57,307 nucleotides of DNA from an uncultured Gammaproteobacteria bacterium (GTDB lineage: Bacteria; Patescibacteriota; Patescibacteriia; UBA9570; JBBTWU01). Below, piece by piece: positions 16,800 to 25,384 of this stretch. Within the stretch, counting starts at the first letter, position 1. The number at the start of each line of letters is the position of its first letter. The translations under genes and the position numbers were made by a program. The stretch spans positions 1 through 57,307 of the forward strand of contig CAYIMB010000003.1 in the NCBI GenBank assembly GCA_964364425.1. Reading direction: 5' to 3'. Under the pieces are notes generated by a model that had not been told where the DNA came from, did no database searches, and worked only from the letters and a program-made list of their open reading frames with translations.

Positions 16800-17000
16800 T
16801 CCGAGGCAGTTGCCCATACCATGTCGTGCCAAAGATTTGAGTCGTTCATTAACCCTCCTTGATGAACGATTCGTCTCTGGTGCGGCATAGTGCGGGAAAC
16901 CAATTCGTGAAATTCGCCGTTTGAAGTCCTTGTGTAAAGTGCATGAGAACCCTCCTTCTCATGTTGCCTTGCGCAGGGGCTTGAACCGGCGAATTTTTTA
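16800..17000 (+). ncRNA. Candidate sRNA: two long hairpins with identical CCCUCC loops
   Basis: Hairpins 16813-16896 and 16911-16995 with many G-U pairs on the + strand; promoter upstream, U-run downstream. Confidence 0.75.
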
Positions 17001-17001
17001 T

Positions 17002-17096
17002 TTCGATTTTCACGCACAGAGCGCAAGGACGGCTCAGAGGGGTCCGCTCATCCGGGAGCTTCAATCACCCTTCTTCGCGGACCCCTCTTCCGCCGC
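17002..17096 (-). repeat. Dispersed structured repeat, copy A
   Basis: Aligns with 24457-24551; 12-bp stem AGAGGGGTCCGC/GCGGACCCCTCT. Confidence 0.85.
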
Positions 17097-17117
17097 TCGC
17101 TTTGTATTCCTAAAAAA

Positions 17118-17423
17118 TCAAAATAAATTTTCCATGTGACAAAGTACCTTTCCACCGGTATCCTTAAGGGTTTTTTCAGCCACGCCGTAATCAATAATGG
17201 GAATACGTTCCAGGGTATAGGGAGTAATATCCAAACCAACCTCTTCCAGTACCTCGCGGGTCATGGCTTGTTCAAAAGTCTCTCCCTCATCCACACCTCC
17301 TCCGGGAGTATGCCAACAATCTAGGTACACCCCGCCTTTAGACGGATCCTTTCTCCCCAGGAGAAGTTTGTTGTCCTGACTGAAAATAAGGGCCGCTACA
17401 ATTGTTCTCTGTATTTCCCGCAT
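17118..17423 (-). CDS. NUDIX hydrolase, probably C-terminally truncated
   Basis: Nudix box GGGVDEGETFEQAMTREVLEEVG; only 101 aa. Confidence 0.75.
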   Translation of the reverse strand: MREIQRTIVAALIFSQDNKLLLGRKDPSKGGVYLDCWHTPGGGVDEGETFEQAMTREVLEEVGLDITPYTLERIPIIDYGVAEKTLKDTGGKVLCHMENLF

Positions 17424-17432
17424 GGCCTGATG

Positions 17433-18023
17433 TTATTTAGCAAACTTTGTGTTCCACTCATTCATGGTGGCGTCTATCCCTTCCAGAATAAATGTTTGGA
17501 CGGCTTGAGATGCTTTTTTGGCCAAAGACTTCACCACCTTTTGTTCTGCCGGTTTGAATTCACCCAAAATATAATCCACAATATTTTTAATCCCGCCAGC
17601 GCTCCGCGGCCCAACACCAAAGCGCAGGCGCCCAACTTCTTCTGTTTTGAGTAAGCGCAAAATTCCACCTAAACCCTTATGTCCTCCATTGGAACCCATT
17701 TTGCGTACGCGCAACGTTCCTAAGGGTAAATCCTTATCATCATACATAACCAAGATATGTTCCGGTTTTGTTTTCCCAACTACCTGAGCCACCACTTTTC
17801 CCGAGTTATTCATCATCTTCATAGGCTTCACCAACACCACGCTTTGGGACTTCACTTTGGTTTTGGCGGTCATGGCGCCGGAGTATTTGTCCAGTTTCCA
17901 ATCGTCCTTTTTTACGCCCAAGTCCTTAGCTAGCTGGTCTATGACTATAAACCCAGAACTATGTCTGGACCAAACATACTCTTCTCCTGGATTCCCTAAA
18001 CCAATGACAAATTTTGTGGCCAT
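17433..18023 (-). CDS. pth: Peptidyl-tRNA hydrolase
   Basis: GLGNPG, MNNSG, GGHKG. Confidence 0.93.
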   Translation of the reverse strand: MATKFVIGLGNPGEEYVWSRHSSGFIVIDQLAKDLGVKKDDWKLDKYSGAMTAKTKVKSQSVVLVKPMKMMNNSGKVVAQVVGKTKPEHILVMYDDKDLPLGTLRVRKMGSNGGHKGLGGILRLLKTEEVGRLRFGVGPRSAGGIKNIVDYILGEFKPAEQKVVKSLAKKASQAVQTFILEGIDATMNEWNTKFAK

Positions 18024-18035
18024 ACGTTGTGTAGG

Positions 18036-19427
18036 TTACTTATAGTCGGGCTGTGCCCGTGAAGTTATAAATATTGGAGTGCCTAAAAATTCAAATTCTT
18101 CGCGCAAGTGTTTTTCCACTAACTGCACTACGGCTGGAGCTAAGTGTCTTGGTTTTGGAGTGTAGATGACAAATGTGGGAGCTGCCATAGACACTTGAGT
18201 CATACCAACCAACTTTAACAGAGGGCGTTTCTTTCCATGTGCTACATCAACTCTGGCTTTAGGATTATATTTATTTTCCACGGTACGTAACACATTCTCA
18301 CATTCGTCATCAGTTAGGAATTTATTCCGTTCTTCCTGGACTTCCAAGACTAAATCCAGTACGTCCTTCAAGCGTTGCTTGTTCACGCTTGAGATAAACA
18401 CCATTGGTGCCCAAGACAGGAATGGTAGCTGTGAAGAGAAGTATTTAATGTATTGGTTGATAGTATCTGCAGTTTTATCTGGAACCAAGTCCCATTTGTT
18501 GACGGCAATAATCACTCCGCGACGACTTTCCTTAATCAACTCAGCTAACCGTTTGTCCTGATCAGTCACTTCTTTGTTTGCTTCTAACACCAAAACAATC
18601 ACGTCCGCAATCTTCATGGCATTCAGAGAAGAGTGGACGCTCTCGCGTTCAATCGACTTCAAATTTCCTTCTGATTGGTTAAGTAATTTGCTGCGGCGTC
18701 TGATCCCGGCGGTGTCTAACAACACCATGGGTCTTTCTTTATAGGTAAACTCAGATTGGTTGATATCTCTGGTGGTGTGAGCAACAGAAGACACAATGGC
18801 GCGTTCTTCACCCACTAAGGCGTTCAAGAAAGAACTCTTTCCCACATTTGGTCTTCCCACAATAGCAATCTTGATTTCAGGTTCAAGCGGCTTTTCTTTG
18901 CTGACCGGAAGCAGTTTAGTCATTTCATCCAATAAGTCACCAGTCCCGGATCCATTTGTTGCCGACAAAAAGATGACCGTTTTAAATCCTAATCCAAATG
19001 CCTCTGTTTGCGCTTCTTGCCTCACAGTTTGTGTATCACATTTGTTCACAGCCAAAATAACTGGCTTGCCGGACTCACGCAGCTCACGGGCAATGCGCCG
19101 GTCTTCTGGAGAAATGCCGACGCGTCCATCTACCACAAACACTAACACCTCGGAACTTTCAATGGCGCGTCTGGCGTAGTCTTCTATAGCGCGGTCCAGC
19201 TCTTCTTTGCCTAGCTGGTCCAACCCTCCGGTATCAACTAACTCAAATGTCGCTTTATTCCAACCAACCACAGAAGTATTCCAATCCCGTGTTGTCCCGG
19301 GCATGGGTGAAACAATTGCCTTCCGTTTTTCTGCTAAGCGGTTAAACAAGGTCGATTTTCCCACGTTGGCTCGCCCCACAAGGGAAACCTTAGGGAGTTT
19401 TTGAGTGATGATTTGTGATGAGTTCAT
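18036..19427 (-). CDS. der: Ribosome biogenesis GTPase Der/EngA
   Basis: Two G domains: GRANVGKST/DTGG/NKCD and GRPNVGKSS/DTAG/NKWD. Confidence 0.96.
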   Translation of the reverse strand: MNSSQIITQKLPKVSLVGRANVGKSTLFNRLAEKRKAIVSPMPGTTRDWNTSVVGWNKATFELVDTGGLDQLGKEELDRAIEDYARRAIESSEVLVFVVDGRVGISPEDRRIARELRESGKPVILAVNKCDTQTVRQEAQTEAFGLGFKTVIFLSATNGSGTGDLLDEMTKLLPVSKEKPLEPEIKIAIVGRPNVGKSSFLNALVGEERAIVSSVAHTTRDINQSEFTYKERPMVLLDTAGIRRRSKLLNQSEGNLKSIERESVHSSLNAMKIADVIVLVLEANKEVTDQDKRLAELIKESRRGVIIAVNKWDLVPDKTADTINQYIKYFSSQLPFLSWAPMVFISSVNKQRLKDVLDLVLEVQEERNKFLTDDECENVLRTVENKYNPKARVDVAHGKKRPLLKLVGMTQVSMAAPTFVIYTPKPRHLAPAVVQLVEKHLREEFEFLGTPIFITSRAQPDYK

Positions 19428-20866
19428 TCGTTTGCTTTTTCAGCCACGCTATAGTCCAGCCCCAGGACAACAATAAAGTCTGTTCCAGGCGGAACTTCTT
19501 TAGTGTTGACTACGGCCGGATCTAATGCAGTTTCAGTGACCGTTTTGATGTGTTGTGTCCCTACGTGCAACAGGCTGGCTAACTCATCTAAGGCCACTGG
19601 CTTTTCTCCAGCGCTCAGATCAAAAATCAAAGTAGTGGCGTTATCTCGTACCTCTGCATTGGCAATGGTCGTTACATCAAAATGGCTGTTGCGTAACACT
19701 TCGGCTGTCCGCGCACCTAAACCCGTGACCTTTGATCCGTTTTGAATAACTACGGTCGGCTCCTCTTTCACTAACTCCGGTTGATCAAACACGGTACTGG
19801 CCATTTGTTGAATTTCTGAGAAGTCACCCAAACCTACTTTGGGCAACAACACATATGCGCCGGTTTCCGGAACAATTTCAGACGTTAAAAATCCACCCTC
19901 ACCTTGATCAATGACTCGACTCACCATATTTTCAGACGGAATATCTCTTGCCAAGGCGCCAAGGTGGGCAAGCTCCCAGATTTCCGCATTGGTGCGCACA
20001 TGGTCGCCTAAACTGGTGAAGATTGACAAAATTTTGGTGGGATTTAAGAGAGTTCCGGCGGACAACAAGTCTTCCCGTACGGCGTTGATAATAATTTGTT
20101 GCCGGGCTGACCGGGCGAAGTCGGAGTTTTCTCCGTGGTTGCCGTGACGGGAGCGGGCAAACTGCAAGGCTTGTTCACCTGTGAAATGACGCCAGCCTTG
20201 TTCAAAGCTAACGGTTTGGTAGCCGTAATTATAGTCTGGGTACTGGCTGTCCGTGAAAGAATTTTCCACATACACATCCACGCCACCCATGTCATCAATG
20301 ATTTGGCGGAACCCGTCAAAATCTACGCTGACATAATAGTGGAGAGGCAACCCCAAGACCTCTTCCACCTTTTCTTGCGCAAACTCCACGCCGCCGTAGT
20401 CCAAGGCGTAGTTTATTTTCCGCCATTCTTGCTCTGCTGGTTTTTTTCCACCAAAGTTCACCACCAAATCACGCGGAATGGAAATCATGACCACCTCGTC
20501 TGTTGAGGGTTTAATGGACGCCACCATAATGGTGTCCGTCAGCCCCCCGCCCGGGTGTCCGTCTCCGCCATAGCCTAAAATCAAAATATTGATGCGGTCA
20601 GCCTTTTCACCTTTTACCGGTTCTTCTTTGGTGGCAGATAAAATTCCCAATTGCTTCCACAAGCTGTCAGTATTGCTGTCAATAATTTTATCTTGAGCTG
20701 ATAACACCACACTAGACACTGCTCCTCCAATCATACCCCACAAGATCAAAGCCACCCCCACCAGGCCGGTGAGGACCATACGGGCGTGGGTAGGAACGGC
20801 GGTTTCTGAGGGTATGGCAGGTTCTACGGGTTCTGTTGGACCATCAAAAGGCAAGTCATACTTCAT
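19424..20866 (-). CDS. LCP (LytR-CpsA-Psr) family protein with LytR C-terminal domain
   Basis: TDTIMV, SIPRD, FARSR, SDFARSARQ, IQNGS..GLG; probable start ATG 20866. Confidence 0.9.
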   Translation of the reverse strand: MKYDLPFDGPTEPVEPAIPSETAVPTHARMVLTGLVGVALILWGMIGGAVSSVVLSAQDKIIDSNTDSLWKQLGILSATKEEPVKGEKADRINILILGYGGDGHPGGGLTDTIMVASIKPSTDEVVMISIPRDLVVNFGGKKPAEQEWRKINYALDYGGVEFAQEKVEEVLGLPLHYYVSVDFDGFRQIIDDMGGVDVYVENSFTDSQYPDYNYGYQTVSFEQGWRHFTGEQALQFARSRHGNHGENSDFARSARQQIIINAVREDLLSAGTLLNPTKILSIFTSLGDHVRTNAEIWELAHLGALARDIPSENMVSRVIDQGEGGFLTSEIVPETGAYVLLPKVGLGDFSEIQQMASTVFDQPELVKEEPTVVIQNGSKVTGLGARTAEVLRNSHFDVTTIANAEVRDNATTLIFDLSAGEKPVALDELASLLHVGTQHIKTVTETALDPAVVNTKEVPPGTDFIVVLGLDYSVAEKANE

Positions 20867-20920
20867 GCAACGATTATATTGATTTTTTATGCCTTTCGTC
20901 AACTGTGCTATACTTTTTTC

Positions 20921-21802
20921 ATGACCAATTTCACGCGATCTGTTTTGTGGTCTATCAGTAGCCTAGCCTTGGCTGTTTTTTTGGTCTGGAGTGTGAGCCC
21001 GCAACCAGTCGTGGCTTTAGTTGTGGTCCCCAACCGGGTGACCCAGGCCGTTGATTTGGGAGAAACATTCAACAAAAAAATTCGGATCACAAATGAAACA
21101 ACGACTGACCAAAGCTACACGCTCAGCCTTCAGCCGTTTGAGTTTGGTTTGCGCGGAGAATTACTATTGAACCAGGGGTCTACTGCGGCAGTTTCCTGGT
21201 TGAGCTTGGATCAGACACAAGTGAGCGTGGTCCCGGGACAAACCGCAGAGGTCAGTCTAACGGTGATTGTTCCCGCAGACGCTCAATCAGGTGGGTATGC
21301 TGCCGCAGTGGTGGTGAGTCCGGCCACTGGATCCACAGAAGTAGTGACCAGTACGCAAATCATGCTGAACGTCAAAGGCGGGTTGCAGCAGGCGGCTAAA
21401 TTTTCTGTGTTTTCTGTAGACGATACGGTTTATACACCCGGACAACAGATTCAGTTTCAGGTGGAATTTGAAAATACCGGGAACGCCAACCTAACGCCCA
21501 TTGGGCAGATTGACCTGTATAGAGGAGAGGACTGGATAGGCGATATTCCACTCAACCCCAAAAAACAACTGGTATTAGCAGGGGCGACACGAAATTTTGA
21601 TGTTACTTGGAATTCCACGTTGGGTTTTGGGAAGTACACGGCGCAAGCCACGGTGAATGCCGAAAACGATTTGCAGGCAGAGTCTCAACCGGTCAGTTTC
21701 TGGATCCTGAGTTGGGAACGAGTGATCCCGGTGGTAGTGGCCTTGATCACTTTTTTGATTGCCGCTTCAGTCCTGTTGCGCCACCCAGCCAAACAGAATT
21801 GA
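20921..21802 (+). CDS. Exported Ig-like protein (DUF916/WxL-interacting-like), C-terminal TM anchor
   Basis: Signal peptide, VPADAQSGGY, FENTGN motifs. Confidence 0.6.
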   Translation: MTNFTRSVLWSISSLALAVFLVWSVSPQPVVALVVVPNRVTQAVDLGETFNKKIRITNETTTDQSYTLSLQPFEFGLRGELLLNQGSTAAVSWLSLDQTQVSVVPGQTAEVSLTVIVPADAQSGGYAAAVVVSPATGSTEVVTSTQIMLNVKGGLQQAAKFSVFSVDDTVYTPGQQIQFQVEFENTGNANLTPIGQIDLYRGEDWIGDIPLNPKKQLVLAGATRNFDVTWNSTLGFGKYTAQATVNAENDLQAESQPVSFWILSWERVIPVVVALITFLIAASVLLRHPAKQN

Positions 21803-21852
21803 CCAAAGCCAAAAAATGGCATATACTTGGCCTAATTTGATAAATTTTGGGT

Positions 21853-22434
21853 ATGTTCATGAATGAATCACAACGTTCTGCTGTGCGCAGGACAGTCAGA
21901 AATTCCTTAGAGTTTCTCTGGGAGGTACTAAAAGTAGTGATTGTGGTGTTTGCCATTATCATTCCTGTTCGGCATTACCTGATTAAGCCCTTTTATGTCC
22001 GGGGGGCCTCTATGGAACCTAACTTTCATGATTATGAATATTTGGTAGTGGATGAGCTGTCGTATAGGCTACGTGCACCGGAGAGAGGAGAAGTGGTCGT
22101 GTTGAAAGATCCCTTAGACCCCAGCCAGTATTTTATCAAACGTATAGTTGGTCTGCCGGGAGAACATATTGTAGTGAGAGACGGCACCGTACGGATTAAT
22201 GGAAAGAAGTTAGATGAAACTCAATACCTAGACGACTCTGTTCGCACCACCGGACATGATGATGTGACTCTTCAGGAGGGCGAATATTACCTCATGGGAG
22301 ATAATCGAACAGCCAGTTTGGATTCACGCGTGTTTGGACCGTTAGACAAAAGTGAGTTTGTTGGCCGAACATGGATTAGAGCCTGGCCACTGACGGAGAT
22401 CGAATTATTTTCCCCTTTTACTTATCCAGAATAA
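21853..22434 (+). CDS. lepB: Signal peptidase I
   Basis: GASMEPN, FIKRIVGLPG, GDNRTASLDSR. Confidence 0.95.
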   Translation: MFMNESQRSAVRRTVRNSLEFLWEVLKVVIVVFAIIIPVRHYLIKPFYVRGASMEPNFHDYEYLVVDELSYRLRAPERGEVVVLKDPLDPSQYFIKRIVGLPGEHIVVRDGTVRINGKKLDETQYLDDSVRTTGHDDVTLQEGEYYLMGDNRTASLDSRVFGPLDKSEFVGRTWIRAWPLTEIELFSPFTYPE

Positions 22435-22439
22435 AGCTT

Positions 22440-23924
22440 ATGCCAAAGACAACTAAAAAAGCTGCCCCTAAGACAGCCGTTGCAGAACAGGTCGTCAAAC
22501 TGAAAATTCCTAAAACCAAAGGACAGCTCCAGTTGGTCAGAGGGATGAGAGATATTTTGCCTAATGAACAGCCATATTGGCAGTTTGTGGTGCGCAAGTG
22601 CGAACACATGGCTGAGGTGTATGGGTACGACCGGATTGATACGCCTATAGTAGAACACACTTCGTTGTTTGTCCGGGCTGTGGGTGAAGCCACTGACATT
22701 GTAGAAAAGGAAATGTACGCCTTTCAGGATAAAAGCGGCGAGTACATTGCCTTACGTCCGGAGTTGACGGCCGGTATTGCCCGGGCCTATGTAGAACACG
22801 GTATGGTGAACCAGCCACAACCGGTGAAGTTGTTTAGCTGGGGTCCGTTTTTCCGGCATGACCGACCGCAAGCCGGACGGTACCGCCAAGCACACCACTT
22901 TGGTGCGGAAATTATTGGGTCAGCTGAACCTATTTTGGATGCTGAACTGATTAGTATTGCGTATCACTTGTACCAAGAGCTAGGTTTAGATGTGGTGGTG
23001 CAAGTCAACAGTATTGGTGATGCCGCTTGCCGGCCGGCCTACCGCGGTCAACTTATGGAGTATTATAAGAAACATAAACGCGAGTTGTGTGAGGACTGTA
23101 AACGTCGTTTGGCTAAGAATCCATTGCGTTTGTTGGACTGTAAAGTAGACCACTGCAAAGAGCTGGCTCAAAACGCACCCCAGACCATAGACCATTTATG
23201 TGAGGAATGTAAAACGCACTTTACGCAAGTTTTGGAATATTTGGATAGTGCTGAAATTGTGTATCAACTGAATCCACGGATTGTGCGCGGTTTGGATTAC
23301 TATACGCGGACAGCCTTTGAGTTTGCTTTGCCAGGTGAGAACGGTGAGCCGGGCATGGCCTTAGGAGGCGGCGGACGGTATGACGGATTGTTGGCCAGTT
23401 TGGGTGCGCGGGAGGCCACCCCGGCGGTTGGCTTTGGATTGGGGATAGAGCGGATCATTCTGGCCATGAAGGAACGGAATGTGCCTATGTTGTTGCCTCC
23501 ACGGCCGGACGTGTTTTTTGCTCAGATAGGAGCCAGCGCACGGAAGCGTTCACTCAAGATATTAGAAGACTTGCGCAAAGCTGGATTCCGTGTCCGGGCT
23601 AACCTGACTAGAGAAGCACTTGGTCCCCAGCTTGGTTTGGCTGATAGATATGGTGCACGCTTTGCTTTGATTTTAGGACAAAAAGAAATTATTGATGAGA
23701 CTATTCTGTTGCGTGAAATGCTGACTGGCTCACAAGAAGTGATTGATATTGAAAAAATGATTCCTGAATTGAAGAAGCGTTTGGACAAACTTGGCCCAGA
23801 TACTGAACAGCGCATGGTGACCCCCATGCAAGAGGCTGGCGATCCAAATGCTCAACCCGGAGAAGATGGGGAGGGTTTCAAACCGCCGGTTGAAGATGTA
23901 GCCGATGAGAAAAAGGGAAAATAG
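22440..23924 (+). CDS. hisS: Histidyl-tRNA synthetase
   Basis: LRPELTA, RHDRPQAGRYRQ, RGLDYY, GGGRYDGL. Confidence 0.97.
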   Translation: MPKTTKKAAPKTAVAEQVVKLKIPKTKGQLQLVRGMRDILPNEQPYWQFVVRKCEHMAEVYGYDRIDTPIVEHTSLFVRAVGEATDIVEKEMYAFQDKSGEYIALRPELTAGIARAYVEHGMVNQPQPVKLFSWGPFFRHDRPQAGRYRQAHHFGAEIIGSAEPILDAELISIAYHLYQELGLDVVVQVNSIGDAACRPAYRGQLMEYYKKHKRELCEDCKRRLAKNPLRLLDCKVDHCKELAQNAPQTIDHLCEECKTHFTQVLEYLDSAEIVYQLNPRIVRGLDYYTRTAFEFALPGENGEPGMALGGGGRYDGLLASLGAREATPAVGFGLGIERIILAMKERNVPMLLPPRPDVFFAQIGASARKRSLKILEDLRKAGFRVRANLTREALGPQLGLADRYGARFALILGQKEIIDETILLREMLTGSQEVIDIEKMIPELKKRLDKLGPDTEQRMVTPMQEAGDPNAQPGEDGEGFKPPVEDVADEKKGK

Positions 23925-23926
23925 GT

Positions 23927-24277
23927 ATGGAAGACTGCATCTTTTGTAAAATAGTGGCCAAGCAAATTCCGGCTGACATTAAGTTTGAGGATAATGAGAT
24001 TCTAGTTTTCAAAGACATTGCCCCAAAAGCTAAAATCCATTGGTTGGTTGTGCCTAAGAAACACATCCCTTCACTACAAGCATTGACTAGCGAGGATTCC
24101 AAGTTAGCCGGACATCTCATCATGAACATTCCAACCATTGCTTTTAAGGCAGGAGTAAATGAAACCGGCTATAAAGTATTTATGAATACAGGTCCTCATG
24201 GAGAACAAGTTGTTCCACATATCCACATGCACTTAATGGGCGGAGAGCCGCTGCATGGACCAACTCGAGTAAGCTAA
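23927..24277 (+). CDS. hinT: HIT-family nucleotide-binding protein
   Basis: DCIFCKI; HIHMH histidine triad. Confidence 0.9.
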   Translation: MEDCIFCKIVAKQIPADIKFEDNEILVFKDIAPKAKIHWLVVPKKHIPSLQALTSEDSKLAGHLIMNIPTIAFKAGVNETGYKVFMNTGPHGEQVVPHIHMHLMGGEPLHGPTRVS

Positions 24278-24313
24278 ATCAAAATGGGGATTTCTTCTAG
24301 TAGAGTGTGCACA

Positions 24314-24413
24314 TTGTATGTGTCGTAAAAGATGCGTGCGTACGCACGCCTGAATCTTTAGGATTTGTCATCTTTTTCTGCCCGGGCAGAAATAGGGGTC
24401 TGCACGTGCAGAC
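24314..24413. repeat. Palindrome cluster B, with perfect 16-mers GCGTGCGTACGCACGC and GTCTGCACGTGCAGAC
   Basis: Palindromes at 24334-24349 and 24398-24413; homologous to cluster A. Confidence 0.7.
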
Positions 24414-24456
24414 TTTTGTCGCCTTAGCTGAATGATGGCGGTAGAGGGTCGATACG

Positions 24457-24551
24457 GCGGCGTAAGAGGGGTCTGCGAAGAAGGGTGTTTGAAGCTCCCG
24501 GATGAGCAGACCCCTCTGAGCCGTCTTTGTCGTTCTCTGCTGAAAATCGAA
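24457..24551 (+). repeat. Dispersed structured repeat, copy B
   Basis: Stem AGAGGGGTCTGC/GCAGACCCCTCT; aligns with the reverse complement of 17002-17096. Confidence 0.85.
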
Positions 24552-24626
24552 TTTGACCTAGTTCCAAAAAAATTGTAGAATTTTGGTACCTATGAACAGG
24601 ATTTATTTTGCAAAGGAGGTGGCACT

Positions 24627-24911
24627 ATTTCAGTAATAGATGTAAACAAAAAAGAGGGCGAATCAAATGAAAGTTTGATGCGTCGTTTTACCCGTAGGGT
24701 TCAGTCCACGGGAATGATTAACCGTGTCAAAAAACGTCAGTTTATGGCTAAAAAGCCTAATAAGCGCGCCGTGCGTTTGAAGGCTATTCGCCGAACCAAA
24801 ATGGCTGATGAGCGCGAATATTTACGTAAAATTGGAAAACTAGACGAAGTGCTGGAACGTGGCCGCGGCCGCAAAGGCAAACCAACCCGTCCGTCAGCCC
24901 CTAGACCATAA
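24627..24911 (+). CDS. rpsU: 30S ribosomal protein bS21, probable non-canonical ATT start
   Basis: IDVNKKEGESNESLMRRFTRRV is a bS21-type N-terminus; AAGGAGGT 6 nt upstream of ATT; followed by yqeY. Confidence 0.75.
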   Translation: MSVIDVNKKEGESNESLMRRFTRRVQSTGMINRVKKRQFMAKKPNKRAVRLKAIRRTKMADEREYLRKIGKLDEVLERGRGRKGKPTRPSAPRP

Positions 24912-24932
24912 CCTATTTAACCTTACAGGAGC

Positions 24933-25376
24933 ATGACTGCAGCAGCATTGTTCACTCAAATCAATACCGATTTGAAACAGGCCATGAAGCAATCTCAAGC
25001 AGAGGCCACCAACACCTTGCGGATGTTAGTTTCCGCCGTTCGCAACGAACAGATTGCCAAACAAAAAGACTTGTCTGATGAAGATGTGGTTGCAGTTGTG
25101 TCCCGTGAAGTGAAAAAACGGCGTGATTCCGTGACTCAGTATACGGCGGCCGGCCGCGCGGATTTGGCCGACAAGGAAAAGGCGGAAATTTCCATTTTGC
25201 AAAAATACTTGCCCGAGCAATTGAGTGAAGATCAAATTCGGGAGCAAGTGAAAATGGTTATAGGAGAAAATGCCGGTGCGCCGTTTGGGAAAGTCATGGG
25301 CGCGGCCATGGCCAAGCTCAAAGGTCAGGCAGATGGAAACGTGGTTCAACGACTAGTCAAAGAACAATTAGGGTAA
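24933..25376 (+). CDS. yqeY: GatB/YqeY domain protein
   Basis: DLKQAMK, KKRRDS, YLPEQLS, KGQADG. Confidence 0.9.
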   Translation: MTAAALFTQINTDLKQAMKQSQAEATNTLRMLVSAVRNEQIAKQKDLSDEDVVAVVSREVKKRRDSVTQYTAAGRADLADKEKAEISILQKYLPEQLSEDQIREQVKMVIGENAGAPFGKVMGAAMAKLKGQADGNVVQRLVKEQLG

Positions 25377-25384
25377 AAACGATT

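Noticed and set aside
16800-17000. 6S RNA, SRP RNA or tmRNA identity for the sRNA
   Set aside because: Folds as two separate hairpins rather than one rod with a central bubble; no SRP GGAA loop motif or tRNA-like ends seen. An Infernal check is still advisable.
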